From assembly GCA_963759225.1 (NCBI GenBank), contig CAVWYL010000036.1:77786-141785 (forward strand): a stretch of 64,000 bases of DNA, given 5' to 3'. Origin of the DNA: an uncultured Acidimicrobiales bacterium. GTDB lineage: Bacteria; Actinomycetota; Acidimicrobiia; Acidimicrobiales; VFJN01. Under the pieces are notes generated by a model. That model ran no database searches and was not told the DNA's origin. It was given only the letters and a program-made list of their open reading frames with translations. The stretch's first letter is position 1. Each line of letters opens with the position of its first letter. Positions 35,366 to 47,310 of this stretch are shown piece after piece. The translations under genes were made by a program, and so were the position numbers.

Positions 35366-36370
35366 TCAGGCCCCCAGGGTAAGTCCCAGTTCGAGGGCCC
35401 GGGCCTCGACCCGCTGGGCCACGTGGCCGGTGAGGTCGACGACGCGGTCGGCCTGGGCCACGTCCATGCCCACGAGCCCGCAGGCCGGGGTGATGAGGGC
35501 CTGCTCGACCAGCCGGCGGGGGTCGCAGCCGCCCTCGGCCAGGCCGTCCCACTCGGCCACGAGGCGGCGCCACAGGATCTCGGCCGACTCGCCGAGCGGG
35601 CGGTCGGTCGGCACGGCGCCCCAGGCCAGCCAGCCGCCGCGCTCGAGGTAGTCGGCGAACGCGCCGGGATGGTCCACGGCGCCCGCCCCCACGGGCAGCG
35701 ACAGCATCTGGGGCCCGGCCTGCAGCACGACCGGCCAGTCGGCCCGACCGCAGCAGTGCAGCCCGGCGATGGCCCGCTCCTCGATGGCGGCCAGCGCCGA
35801 GGACACCAGGTCCAGCGTGTCGTCCACGCCCAGCGGGAACCCGGGGTCGAGCGCGGCGGTGAGGCCGGGCTCGTCCAGGAACATCAGCGGCGTCGCCCCG
35901 GGCGCGGCCCGGCGGGCGGCCCGCAGGACCTCCTCGGTGCGGGTCCCGACCGCCTTGGCCGCCACCGCGAAGGCCCGGTCGCCGGGGACGCCGACGGCGT
36001 GCAGCGCCAGGCCCAGCGTGACCGGGCCGGTGAGCTGGATCTTGAACGGCGCCACCCGCCCGGCGATGGCGTCGAGGAAGGCCCGCAGGGCGACGAAGGG
36101 CTCCTCGTCGAGCCCGCCGCCCACCGGAGCCTCGGGGTCGACGGCGGCCTCGTCCACCAGCAGCGACCCGTCGGGAAGGACGCTGACCCCGTCGATGCCC
36201 CAGGCGGCCTGGGGGATCATCCCCTCGACCGCGGCCCGGCGGGGCAGCGACGGGGCGGCGGGCAGGCGCGGCTGGCTGTCGAGGACGAACGCGACCGCGT
36301 CGGCGACGTCGTCGTGGGGCAGGCTGCCGACCGTCGACGCGAGCCCGATCGGGAGAAGTACGTCCCTCAT
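35366..36370 (-). CDS. Conserved protein, cobalamin-independent methionine-synthase (MetE C-terminal)/URO-D-like fold; counterpart of the gene next to ligA in mycobacteria
   Basis: MRDVLLPIGLASTVGSLPHDD..FKIQLTGPVTLGLAL..LMFLDEPGL..GLHCCG. Its position beside ligA recalls the Rv3015c/Rv3014c arrangement (from memory). Confidence 0.55.
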   Translation of the reverse strand: MRDVLLPIGLASTVGSLPHDDVADAVAFVLDSQPRLPAAPSLPRRAAVEGMIPQAAWGIDGVSVLPDGSLLVDEAAVDPEAPVGGGLDEEPFVALRAFLDAIAGRVAPFKIQLTGPVTLGLALHAVGVPGDRAFAVAAKAVGTRTEEVLRAARRAAPGATPLMFLDEPGLTAALDPGFPLGVDDTLDLVSSALAAIEERAIAGLHCCGRADWPVVLQAGPQMLSLPVGAGAVDHPGAFADYLERGGWLAWGAVPTDRPLGESAEILWRRLVAEWDGLAEGGCDPRRLVEQALITPACGLVGMDVAQADRVVDLTGHVAQRVEARALELGLTLGA

Positions 36371-36477
36371 GGTTCCGCCACCCGCGGTTCCACGCTGTTG
36401 GTCACTGAGAGCCCCCACTCGGCTTGTACCGGCTCTGAAATAGCGACCGGAGCACGGCATCGGCAAATCTCCGGGCC

Positions 36478-37407
36478 GTGGAACCGCCCGCCGCGCCTCT
36501 CACCACCGCTTCCGCGGGGTCCGGGCTCGCCCACCGGATCGGCGCGCTCGCCCACTCACCGTGGCCGGTGCGCGCGGTGTGGCTCGCGCTGCCGCTGGTG
36601 GCCGGACCCGGTCTGAGCGGCGCGCTGGCCGGGTCGTCGGGGCCCGTGCGGTGGGTCGCCGGCGTGCTGGCGTGGGGCGGCTGGCTGGTGGCGCTGGTGG
36701 CCACGCTGGTCCCGTCGACGGTGAGCCTGACCGTGCTGCGGGTGGCCGGCCCGGCCGCCTTCGCCGCGGGCGTCGCCGCCTGCGTGGCGGGCACCGGCCC
36801 GACGGCCGGGGTGGCGGCGGTGGCGGCCGGGCTGCTGGTGGCGCTGGTGTCGCTGGCCCCCGAGACCGCCGAGGTGTTCGTGGACGGCTCGTCCTACGGC
36901 GACGAGCGGCGCCTGCCGCTGCGCACCCCCACGCCCCTGGTGGCGGGCCCGGTCGAGCTGGCGTGGCTGGCCGTGGTGGCCGGCCCGGCGGCGGGCGCGC
37001 TGCTGCTGGCCGCAGGACAGTGGCTGGCGGGGGCGCTGGTGCTGGCGGCGGGGCTCCCGCTCGCATGGCTGGGCGCCCGGTCGCTGCACGCCCTGGCCCG
37101 GCGGTGGCTGGTGTTCGTGCCGGCGGGCCTGGTCGTGCACGACCACCTCGCCCTGGCGGAGCCGACCCTGCTGCGCCGCGGCGCGATCCGGTCGCTGGCG
37201 GCGGCGCCGGCCACCACGGACGCCCTCGATCTCACCGCGGGCGCGGCCGGCCTGGCGCTCGAGGTGCGGCTCGCGGACCCGGTCGCCGTCGTCCCGGCCG
37301 CCCGCCGGGGCACCCCGGTCGAGCTGACCGAGGTGACCGCCCTGCTCGTCACCCCCAGCCGCCCCGGCCGGGTCCTGGCCGAGGCCCGCCGCCGCCGGCT
37401 CGGCTAG
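36478..37407 (+). CDS. Polytopic membrane protein, function unknown
   Basis: It has several Ala/Leu/Val/Gly-rich helices (AVWLALPLVAGPGL, WVAGVLAWGGWLVALVATLV, AAVAAGLLVALVSL..). Coding is plausible but cannot be told apart from high-GC noise with certainty. Confidence 0.4.
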   Translation: MEPPAAPLTTASAGSGLAHRIGALAHSPWPVRAVWLALPLVAGPGLSGALAGSSGPVRWVAGVLAWGGWLVALVATLVPSTVSLTVLRVAGPAAFAAGVAACVAGTGPTAGVAAVAAGLLVALVSLAPETAEVFVDGSSYGDERRLPLRTPTPLVAGPVELAWLAVVAGPAAGALLLAAGQWLAGALVLAAGLPLAWLGARSLHALARRWLVFVPAGLVVHDHLALAEPTLLRRGAIRSLAAAPATTDALDLTAGAAGLALEVRLADPVAVVPAARRGTPVELTEVTALLVTPSRPGRVLAEARRRRLG

Positions 37408-38002
37408 GCCCTGGTCGAAGGAGGCGAGGAGGCGGTCGACGAGGCGCTCGACGAAGGGCTCGTCGGCGGGCTCGCCGGACACCATCTCGCGGTAGAAGAC
37501 CGTGCCGCCCAGGATGTCGAGCAGCAGCTCGACGTCGGTGTCGGGGGGCAGCTCGCCCCGGTCCACGCCCCGCTGCACCGCCTCGCGCGGGCGGCTGCGG
37601 CGGTCGCGGATGAAGCGGCCCAGCACCTCCCGCATCTCGGGGTTGACCGCGGCCTCGGCGATGACGCCGGGCAGGATGCGGCCGGCCGCGGTGTCCCGGA
37701 GCTTGGTGCCGAGCTGGGTCATGATCTGCACCAGGTCGTCGCGCAGCGAGCCGGTGTCGACGAGCGCCGGTTCGAGCCCCATGCGGTGGGCGGTGTCGAG
37801 CAGCAGGTTGGCCCGCGACGGCCAGCGCCGGTAGATCGTCGCCTTGCCGCACCCGGCCCGGGCCGCCACCGCGTCGACGGTGAACCCGGCCGGGCCCTTC
37901 TCGGCCAGCACCTCGACGGACGCCAGCATGATCGCCTCGTCGGCCCCGGCGTCGCGGGGACGCCCGGGCCGGCGGTCGACCGTCGTCCTGGGCGGGGCTC
38001 AT
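37404..38002 (-). CDS. TetR-family regulator downstream of the MFS pump; two frame breaks
   Basis: ATG 38002 overlaps the MFS stop (ATGA). RPGRPRDAGADEAIMLASVEVLAEKGPAGFTVDAVAARAGCGKATIYRRWPS is the HTH. The natural stop TAG at 37406-37404 is reached (..SFDQA*) if one base of the run at 37409-37411 is dropped. Confidence 0.7.
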
Positions 38003-39668
38003 CGCACCTCGGCCGGAGGCGCGACGTCGACCGGGGCGCACATCGGCCGGGGCGACGTCGGCCGGGGTGCCGTCGATCGGGTCGGCGGCCTCGTCGGGGT
38101 CGGCCTCGGGCTCCGGGATGCCGTAGTCCTCGTGGTCGTGGCCCCGGGCCGGCAGGTACAGGGCCACGATCAGGGCCCCGAGCGCCAGCGCCGCGGCGCC
38201 GATCATGAAGGCGATGCCCATGCCGTCGGCGAAGCCGGACGAGGCGGCGTCGGCCAGGGCGCGCCCCGGCTCCCCGCCGATCTCCGCCGCGGCCCGCATG
38301 GCCGCGCCCACCTGGTCGGTGATGGCGTCGGCCGCCTCGGCCGGCACGGGGAAGCCGGCGATGGCGTCGCTCACCCGGGGCCGGTAGGTCGAGGCCATGA
38401 CCGAGCCGAGCACGGCCACGCCGAGCGCCCCGCCGATCTCGCGGGTGGTGTCGTTCACGGCCGAGCCGACGCCCGCCTTGGCCGGCGGCAGCGAGCCCAT
38501 GATCGACTCGGTGGCGGGCGGCATGACCAGCGCCAGGCCCACGGCCAGCACGATCAGCGAGGCGAGCACGTCGCCGTAGGTCGCCTCGGCGGTCAGCTGG
38601 CTGGCCATGCAGCAGGCCGACGGCCCCGATGCCGAGGCCGGTGGCCACGACGATCTTGCTGCCGACCCGCTCGACGATCTTGGCCGACATCGGCGCCACC
38701 ACCATCTGGACGGCGGCCATCGGCACGAGGCGGACACCGGCCTCCAGGGCCGTGTAGCCGAGCACCGACTGCAGGAACTGGGTGAGCAGGAACAGCGAGC
38801 CGAACATGGCGAAGAACGTGAGCATCAGCGCCCCGCTCGCCGCGCTGAACCGGGCGTTGCGGAAGAAGTCGATGTCGAGCATCGGCGTCCGCGTGTGCCG
38901 CTCCCACAGGACGAACGCGCCGAGCAGCACGAACGAGGCCGCGAAGGCGCCGAGCACCATGGGGTCGGTCCAGCCGTGCGGGCCCTCGATGATCGCCCAC
39001 ACCAGCGCGACCAGGCCGGTGATCGACAGCACGGCGCCGGGCACGTCGACCGGCGGGGCCGAGGGGTCGCGGGAGGTGGGCACGTAGAGCTGGCCGAGCA
39101 CCAGCGCGACGATCACGACGGGCACGTTGATCAGGAAGACCGAGCCCCACCAGAAGTGCTCGAGCAGGTAGCCGCCGGTCACCGGGCCGATGGCGACGGC
39201 CACGCCGGCCATGGCGGCCCAGATGGCGATGGCCTGGGCCCGCTCCTTCCGGTCGGTGAACACGTTGGTGATGATCGACAGGGTGGCCGGCATCACCAGC
39301 GCCCCGCCGATGCCCATGACGGCCCGGGCGGCGATGAGGTGGTTGGCGCTGGTGGAGAACGACGACAGGAGCGACGCGATGCCCATGATCGACAGGCCGA
39401 TGGCGAGCGCTCCCCGCCGCCCGAAGCGGTCGCCGAGGGAGCCCATCGTGAGCAGCAGCCCGGCGAACACGAGGATGTAGGCGTCGACGATCCACTGGAG
39501 CTGGCTCGTGGAGGCGCCGAGGTCCTCCTGCAGGGTCGGGAGGGCGACGTTCACGATCGTGTTGTCCATCACGATCAGCAGCAGGCTGAGGCACATGACG
39601 CCGAGCACGACCCAACGGCGCGGGTCGGCCTGGCGGGCCTCGGGGGCGCGAGTGTCGGCGGTGGTCAT
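37999..39668 (-). CDS. DHA2 (EmrB/QacA-type, 14-TMS) MFS drug:H+ antiporter; two frame breaks
   Basis: MTTADTRAPE..RRWVVLGVMCLSLLLIVMDNTIVNVALPTLQEDLGAS.SQLQWIVDAYILVFAGLLLTMGSLGDRFGRR continues in ORF 37349..38737 from ..QLTAEATYGDV. The breaks lie near 38610 and 38030. Confidence 0.8.
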
Positions 39669-39694
39669 GGATCCAGACTGCGCCCCGCGGATTA

Positions 39695-39716
39695 CGGAAC
39701 GCAAGAGTTCCGGAAC
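39695..39716. promoter_or_regulatory. Candidate operator CGGAAC-N6-GTTCCGGAAC upstream of the MFS-TetR operon
   Basis: The inverted repeat is CGGAAC (39695-39700) / GTTCCG (39707-39712). A 10-bp perfect palindrome GTTCCGGAAC lies at 39707-39716. The site is 27-48 nt upstream of the MFS ATG at 39668. Confidence 0.4.
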
Positions 39717-39719
39717 GAA

Positions 39720-40785
39720 TCAGTCCGTGAACTTCGTCACGCGGTCGGCGACCACGCCGCCGCCCACCACCTCGTCGCCCTCGTACAGCACGACCGACTG
39801 CCCCGCCGCCACCCGCCGCTGCGGGGTGGCGAAGCGCACGACGGCCGCGTCGCCCGGCCCCGGCTCGACCGTCGCCGGGCGGGCGGCACCGTGCGCACTG
39901 CACTGCGCGACCACCGGGCCGGACACCGGCCGCGCCCGGCCACACCATCGACGCCAGGGCGACGCCGCCCGCCAGCAGCTCGGTCGCCGGACCGACCCGG
40001 ACGGTCGCCCCCGGCACGTCCACGTCCACCACGTAGCGGGGCTCGTCGCCGCCGGGCAGGCCCAGGCCCCGGCGCTGGCCCACGGTCACCAGCTCGACCG
40101 CCGGCACCTCGCCCACGGCCCGGCCGTCGCCGTCGACCACCCGCCCCGGGCGCAGCGGGATGCGGTGGCCGAGGAAGTCCCGGCGCCCCCGGGCCGCGGT
40201 CACGAAGCACACGTCCTGGCTGTCGGGCTTGGCCGCCGTCCGCAGGCCCAGCGCCGCCGCCTCGGCCCGCACCGCGGCCTTGGACGTCGCCCCCACCGGC
40301 AGCAGCGTCCGGGCCAGCGTGGCCTGGTCGAGCACGTACAGCACGTAGCTCTGGTCCTTGGCCGCGTCCGCCCCCCGGGCCAGCCGCCGGGTCCCGTCCG
40401 GGCGCTCGACGATGCGGGCGTGGTGCCCGGTCGCCACCGCGTCGAACCCGACCGCCCACGCCCGCCGGGTCAGCCGGTCGAACTTCAGGTGGCGGTTGCA
40501 CTCCACGCACGGGTTGGGGGTGGCGCCGCGGCGGTGGGCGTCGACGTAGGGCCCCACCACGTGGCGCTCGAAGTCGTCGGTGAAGGTCCAGGTGTGGTGG
40601 TCGATGCCGAGCTGCTGGGCCACCCGGCGGGCGTCGTCCACGTCGCTGACCGAGCAGCAGCCGGTGTCGGACTCGCCGCCCCACAGCTTCATCGTCACGC
40701 CCACGACGTCGTGCCCGGCGGCCAGCAGCCGGGCCGCGGCCACCGACGAGTCCACGCCCCCGGACATGGCCACCAGCACCCTCAC
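39720..40785 (-). CDS. mnmA: tRNA 2-thiouridine(34) synthase; one frame break near 39930
   Basis: VRVLVAMSGGVDSSVAAARLL (PP-loop)..PNPCVECNRHLKF..ATGHHAR..KDQSYVL.. The C-terminus is in ORF 39720..39926. GTG 40785 overlaps the iscS stop (GTGA). Confidence 0.85.
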
Positions 40786-41928
40786 GCCGCCGCCTCCCGC
40801 AGCCGGGCCGCCGCCGCCGGGATGACCGCCAGGGCGCGGTCGACGTCGGCGCCGGTGCTCGACCAGCCGAGCGACAGCCGCAGCGCGCCCGCCGCCCGGG
40901 CCCGGGGGACGCCCATCGCCGCCAGCACGTGCGAGTCCTGGTGGGCGCCGCTGGCGCAGGCCGCGGCGGCCGACGCGCACACGCCCGCCTCGTCCAGCAG
41001 GAACAGCAGCGCCTCGCTCTCGGTCCCCGGCACGCACAGGTGCACGAGGCCCGGCAGCCGGGCCGCCCGGTCGGGCGACGGTCTCGACCGCCCCCGGGAC
41101 CGCGGCCACCAGCCCGTCCGCCAGCCGGTCGGCCAGCGCCCGGACCCGGGCCGCGCGCCTCGTCGCGGGTGGCGGCCGCGGCGGCCAGCGCCGCGGCGAA
41201 CCCCACGATGCCGGCCACGTTGTGGGTGCCGCTGCGCAGCTCGCGCTCCTGGCCGCCGCCCAGCGCCCGGGCCCGCAGCGGGGTGCCGGGCCGCACCACC
41301 AGCGCGCCCACGCCCTGGGGGCCGCCCACCTTGTGCGAGCTGACGCTGACCAGGTCGGCCCCGGCGACGAGGGCGGGCAGGTCGAGCCACGGCGCGGCCT
41401 GCACGGCGTCGGCGTGCACGGCGGCGCCGCGGCGCCCGGCGGCGCACCGCCTCGGCCACGGCGGCCACCGGCTGGACGTGCCGACCTCGTTGTTGGCGGC
41501 CATGACCGACACCAGCGTCGACGTCCGGCCCCAGCGCCGCCGGCGAGCGCGTCCACGTCGACGGCGCCGGACGCGTCCACCGGCACGCGTGCAGCCCGCC
41601 GACCGGCGGCCACCGGGGCCAGCACCGCCTCGTGCTCGACGGCGCTGCACAGGACCCGGCCCGGCCGGGCCGCGGGCACGCCGGGCACGGCCAGGTTGTC
41701 GGCCTCGGTGCCCCCGCTCGTGAACACCACGTCGCCCGGCCGGCACCCCACGGCCGCGGCCACGACGTCGCGGGCCTCGTCGACCGCCCGGCGGGCGGCC
41801 CGGGCCACCCGGTGGGCGCCCGACGGGTTGCCGAAGCGCCCGCCCAGCCAGGGCGCCATGGCGTCGGCGGCCTCCGGGCGCAGCGGGGTGGTGGCGGCGT
41901 GATCGAGGTAGGTGAGCCGGTCCGGCAC
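40782..41928 (-). CDS. iscS: Cysteine desulfurase (IscS/NifS class V aminotransferase); six to seven frame breaks
   Basis: VPDRLTYLDHAATTPLRPEA..GNPSGAHR..FTSGGTEADNLAV..SAVEHEAVL is in one frame. It is followed by ..LVSVMAANNEVGT, ..HADAVQA..SVSSHKVGGPQGVGALVV..GGGQERELRSGT.NVAG, ..ALADRLADGL and ..LRLSLGWSST, spread over all three frames. Confidence 0.8.
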
Positions 41929-41945
41929 CCCCCAAGTGGATCAGG

Positions 41946-42704
41946 TCAGTGGGCGCGCTGCCAGGCCGCGGCCACGCACACGAGGAAGAGGTAGGGGTGC
42001 AGCCACGTCGGCGGCGTGTAGCCCATGCGCACGGCCACCGGGTTGGCCAGCCGCAGCGCCAGGTGGTCCCGCGCCGCGGCGGTCAGCTCGGGCACCCGCA
42101 GCAGGTAGGTGCGCACGACCTCGTAGGCGTCCTCGTCGAGGGCGCTGATGTCGAGCGAGGCCACGTAGCCCTCGTAGCCCGGCGGCGCCGGGAACCAGGC
42201 CGGCACGACCTGGTTGCGCGCCGTGCGCTCCCGCACCACCAGCGTGCCGGCCGCCATGTCGCCCAGGCGCTGGTCGCGGGGCGACAGCGTGGCCGTCACC
42301 ACGGCCACGAACCCGATCGGGATCAGGAAGAAGTCGACCAGGCCCACCGCGGCCCGCAGGAACGCCTGCTGGAACCGCTCGGCCGTGCCGTCCGCGCTCA
42401 CGACCCGCAGGCCGAGCGCCGCCTTGCCGGGCGTGCGGCCCCGGGCCAGGGTCTCGAAGCCGGTGAACCAGGCGACCCACAGGCCGAGCCCGCTGATGCC
42501 CGCCACCAGGGCGCCGCCCGCCCCGTCGAGGCTCCCGAGCGCGCTCACCACCAGCACGATGACCAGCACGGTGGCGGCCAGGGCGACGATGTCGATCGCG
42601 AACGCCAGGGTGCGCGACGCGACCCCGGCCCGCTCGAAGTCGAGCAGCACCGCCTCGGGGGTGACGATCCCCTGGGTCCCTGGCGTCAGCGCCACCGCGG
42701 GCAA
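41946..42704 (-). CDS. RDD-family membrane protein
   Basis: ..ASRTLAFAIDIVALAATVL..GRTPGKAALGLRVVSADG..RAAVGLVDF..SPRDQRLGDMAAGTLVV. The gene is intact. Confidence 0.7.
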   Translation of the reverse strand: MPAVALTPGTQGIVTPEAVLLDFERAGVASRTLAFAIDIVALAATVLVIVLVVSALGSLDGAGGALVAGISGLGLWVAWFTGFETLARGRTPGKAALGLRVVSADGTAERFQQAFLRAAVGLVDFFLIPIGFVAVVTATLSPRDQRLGDMAAGTLVVRERTARNQVVPAWFPAPPGYEGYVASLDISALDEDAYEVVRTYLLRVPELTAAARDHLALRLANPVAVRMGYTPPTWLHPYLFLVCVAAAWQRAH

Positions 42705-42741
42705 CGCTACAGCGGGGCACCGCTAGCGTCCGGCGCAGCCC

Positions 42742-43776
42742 GTGGACATCGACCGCTTCATCGCCCGCAACGCCCCCGCCTGGGACCGGCTCGACGAGCT
42801 CAGCCGGCGGGCCGGCCGCGGGCTGCGCCGGCTCGAGCCGGCCGAGGTCGACGAGCTGGTCGACCTCTACCAGCGGGTGTCGTCGCACCTGTCCCACGCC
42901 CGGGTCGCCTACGACGACCGGGCGCTCATCGGCCGGCTGACGCGGCTCGTCAGCCAGGCCAACGGGGTGATCTACGCCAGCCGGTCCCGCACCCGGCGGG
43001 CCGTGGCCGACTTCTTCGCCTGGCGCTTCCCCGCCGCCGTCTACCAGAGCTGGCGGTTCGTGGCGGTCGCCGCGCTGCTGCTGCTGGGGCCGGCCGTCGC
43101 CTTCGGGGCCTGGCTCGGCACCGACCAGGAGGCCCTGGAGGCGTCGGCGTCCGAGGCCGTGCGGGAGGCGTACCTGGAGGAGGACTTCGAGTCGTACTAC
43201 TCGTCGGAGCCCGCCGCCCAGTTCGCCAGCGAGGTCACCATCAACAACATCCAGGTGGCCGTGACGGCCTTCGCGGCGGGCGTGGTGCTGTGCCTGCCGA
43301 CGGCCGCCATCCTCGCCTTCAACGGCGCCAACCTCGGCGTGGCGGCCGGGCTGTTCGCCGACGCGGGCGAGCTGCCCAAGTTCTTCGGGCTGATCCTGCC
43401 GCACGGCCTGCTCGAGCTGAGCGCCGTCATCGTGGCCGGCGCCGCCGGGCTGCGGCTGGGCTGGGCGATCATCGCGCCCGGCGACCGCAGCCGGGGCCAG
43501 GCCCTCGGCGAGGAGGCCCGCCGGGCCGGCGTCATCGCCCTCGGGCTGTGCCTGGCGTTCGTCGTCGCCGGCCTGATCGAGGGGTTCGTCACCGGCCGCG
43601 GGCTCCCGACGGCCGTCCGGGTCGGCATCGGGGTGCTGGCCGAGGCCGTGTTCGTGGCCTGGATCGTGATCCAGGGCCGGGCGGCGACGCGCCAGGGCGT
43701 GACCGGCGCCCTCGGCGAGCTCGACCGGGGCTGGGACGACCTGGCCGAGGCCCGGGAGAAGGCCTGGGCCCGGTGA
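42742..43776 (+). CDS. SpoIIM-like (DUF95) integral membrane protein
   Basis: ..FIARNAPAWDRLDEL..LYQRVSSHLSHAR..NNIQVAVTAFAAGV..FNGANLG..ILPHGLLELSAVIVAGAAG. The gene is intact. Confidence 0.65.
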   Translation: MDIDRFIARNAPAWDRLDELSRRAGRGLRRLEPAEVDELVDLYQRVSSHLSHARVAYDDRALIGRLTRLVSQANGVIYASRSRTRRAVADFFAWRFPAAVYQSWRFVAVAALLLLGPAVAFGAWLGTDQEALEASASEAVREAYLEEDFESYYSSEPAAQFASEVTINNIQVAVTAFAAGVVLCLPTAAILAFNGANLGVAAGLFADAGELPKFFGLILPHGLLELSAVIVAGAAGLRLGWAIIAPGDRSRGQALGEEARRAGVIALGLCLAFVVAGLIEGFVTGRGLPTAVRVGIGVLAEAVFVAWIVIQGRAATRQGVTGALGELDRGWDDLAEAREKAWAR

Positions 43777-43783
43777 CCCCGGC

Positions 43784-45136
43784 CTACAGCCGGCCGGTGG
43801 CCTTGACCCGGAGGTAGGTGTCGGCCAGGCCCGTGGCCAGCTCGCCCGGGCGGGCGTCGATGACGGTGGCGCCCAGGCCCCGCAGGCGGGTCACGGTGCG
43901 CCGCCGGGCTGTCGAGGGCGCCGAGCGCCGCCGCCCGCCGGTACACCGTCGCGGCGTCGCCGCCCGGCGCCGTCGACCACCGCACGACGTCGGGGTCGCT
44001 GACCCCCGCCACCACCACGACGTGCTCCCGCAGGATCAGCGGCAGCGCCGGGGCCAGCCACTCGTCCACCGCCGGCGCCACCAGGTCGGTGAGCACCACC
44101 AGCATCGTCCGGCGCCGGAACCGGGCCAGCGTCTGGCTGAAGGCCCCCGCGTAGTCGCTCTCGGCCAGCACCGGCTCGAGGTCGTAGAGCGCCTCCACCA
44201 CCCGGCCCAGCTGGGCCCGGCCCGACCCCGGCGGCACCGCGGCCCGCACCTCCCGGTCGAACGCCACCACCCCGCAGCGGTCGCCGAGGCCGGTGGCCAC
44301 CGCGGTGAGCATCATCACCGCGTCGACCGCATGCTCGACCCGGGGCACGCCGTCGACCCGGCCGGCCATCACCCGGCCGTTGTCCAGCAGGACCAGCACC
44401 GTCTGGTTGCGCTCGGCCCGGTAGGTGCGCACGATCGGCCGGCGCAGCCGGGCCGTCGCCCCCCAGTCGACCCGGCGGAACTCGTCGTCGACCGTGTACT
44501 CGCGCAGCTGGTCGAACTCGGTCCCCGCCCCCCGCCCCTGGGCCGACCGCAGCCCCACCTCCAGGATGCGGGCCTTGCGGATGCGCAGCTCGGCCTCGTC
44601 CTTGGACCGGAACGACGGGTAGACCCGCATCGTGCCCGGCACGGTCAGCGTGCGCCTGCCGGGCACGCCAGGCCGAGCGGGCCCGCCACCCGCACCACCA
44701 GGTCCCGCACCGTGAACCGGCCCCGGCGGGCCGGCCGGATCGAGCGTGGCGGCCCGCAGCGTGCCCCCCGCCGGCACCCGGGCCCGCGGCCCGGCGGGTC
44801 TCGGCCCGCAGCGACGGGGCCAGCTCGTCGGCCAGCGCGACCCACACCGCCCGCCGCAGCGGGTTGCGCACGGTCCAGACGATCTCGGCCTCGGCCCCCA
44901 GCGTCACCGCCGGCGGCAGCGACCGGCGGACCTCGAGCTGCCCCGGCGACGGGGCCAGCCACGCACGTCGAGCACGGCCACGGCCAGCAGCACAGCGTTG
45001 ACCGACCAGCAGCGGGGCCAGCACGGCGTCGCTCGGGCAGGCCGACCACCACGACGCGACGCCAGCGCGGCCGCCAGCGCGAGGCGCCGGGTCGGCGTCA
45101 CGCCGACCCGCCGCAGCCGCGGCCGCGGTCCGGTGC

Positions 45137-45140
<4 letters not shown>
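43784..45140 (-). CDS. DUF58 (vWA-like) protein, MoxR partner; at least four frame breaks
   Basis: ..RVYPSFRS..GTEFDQLREYTVDDEFRRVDWGATARLRRPIVRTYRAERNQTVLVLLDNGR is the DUF58 signature. The N-terminal TM region and the C-terminal 45 aa (..RLRGLGATVIDARPGELA..KATGRL*) are in other frames. TTG 45140 overlaps the MoxR stop (TTGA). Confidence 0.7.
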
Positions 45141-46133
<993 letters not shown>

Positions 46134-46141
<8 letters not shown>

Positions 46142-47307
46142 GGGCGAGGACCTCCTCACGGATGCGGTCGATGGTGCGGGCCAGGTCGGCGAGGGCGGCG
46201 TCGCTCGTGACCGGCTCGGGTGCGAGAGCCTTGCGCAGCTCGGCCTCGTCGAGCGACGTGCGCTCGGCGGCCACGGCCACGAGCACGTCGACGCCCGCAC
46301 CGGCGGGGACACCGAGCCGGTCGGCCAGGAACCGCCGCAGGTCGGCCTGCAGCAGGGCGGCGGCGTGCTGGGGCGAGCGGCTGCGGTCGAGCAGGTTGCC
46401 GACCGCCGCCACCAGCTCGGACCCGGCCACGGCCACCGGCTGGCGCTCGGGAACGGGGCGGCCGAGCCGCCGGGCGCGCCACAGCGCGTAGACGACGAAG
46501 GCCAGCGCCGCCTGCAGCAGGCCCCGCTTGACCCCGGGCGAGATCAGGTCGACGAGCGAGTCGCCGTCGCCGCCGGAGCTGCCGAGGAACCCCGGCTCCA
46601 GCACGGTGAGGCGGGTGCCCTCCCGGGGCGCCAGGAACGCCGCCGCCACCGGGGCGTTCTCGCCCTCGTCCAGCGCCGCGTTCACGAGGATGCCCGCCCC
46701 GCCCATGGCCACGACGGTCCCGTCGCCGTCCCCGGTGGCCACGATGTAGGCGCCGCCGGCGTACCTCGACGCAGGACGCCGAGCCCACGGGCGGCTGGTA
46801 GAGCAGACCGCCGTTGTGGGGCTCGATCCCGCCGGCCTCGATGCCGTCGAGGGCCTCGATCTCGCAGGCGGCGGTGAGGCGGGCCGGCGTCCCCAGCTCG
46901 GAGACCTCGTCGAAGAACCCCGACTCGGCGGGCGCGAACGACGACAGGGAGTCGGTGACGACCAGCACGCCGCCGCGGCGGACCCAGTCCTCGACCTCGC
47001 CGGTCTGGTCCTCGTCGAGCAGGTCCTGGAACAGCAGCACGACGTCGGGCGGCTCGGGGCCGTCGAGGTCCGGGAGCCGGTCCGCCACGTCCACCTCGGC
47101 GCCGAGGTCGCCGGCCAGCGCCACGAGCGCGCTGGTCCCGAGCTCCTCGTCCGAGCGGGGCGACAGCGGCGGCCCGCTGCTGCCGGCGCCCACGGCCAGG
47201 ACACCGAGGACGACGACGAGGGCGATGAACCCGCCCAGCAGCCACGGCTGGACGCCCCCGCCGCCGCGGGCCCGGGCGCGCTCACCGGTGCACCCTTCGG
47301 GGTGCAC
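46134..47307 (-). CDS. DUF4350-like membrane-anchored protein; one frame break near 46780
   Basis: The N-terminal TM helix is VQPWLLGGFIALVVVLGVLAV. It is followed by ..DVVLLFQDLLDEDQ..GGVLVVTD, and then, in ORF 46134..47285, ..VVAMGGAGILVNAAL..AALAFVVYALWRARRLGRPV. The family call is from memory and from the operon context. The start is GTG 47307 or GTG 47285. Confidence 0.55.
47288..47307 (-). other. Perfect 8-bp hairpin GTGCACCC-TTCG-GGGTGCAC covering the candidate start of the DUF4350 gene
   Basis: Read directly from the sequence. The loop is CGAA on the transcribed strand. Confidence 0.7.
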
Positions 47308-47310
47308 GCA

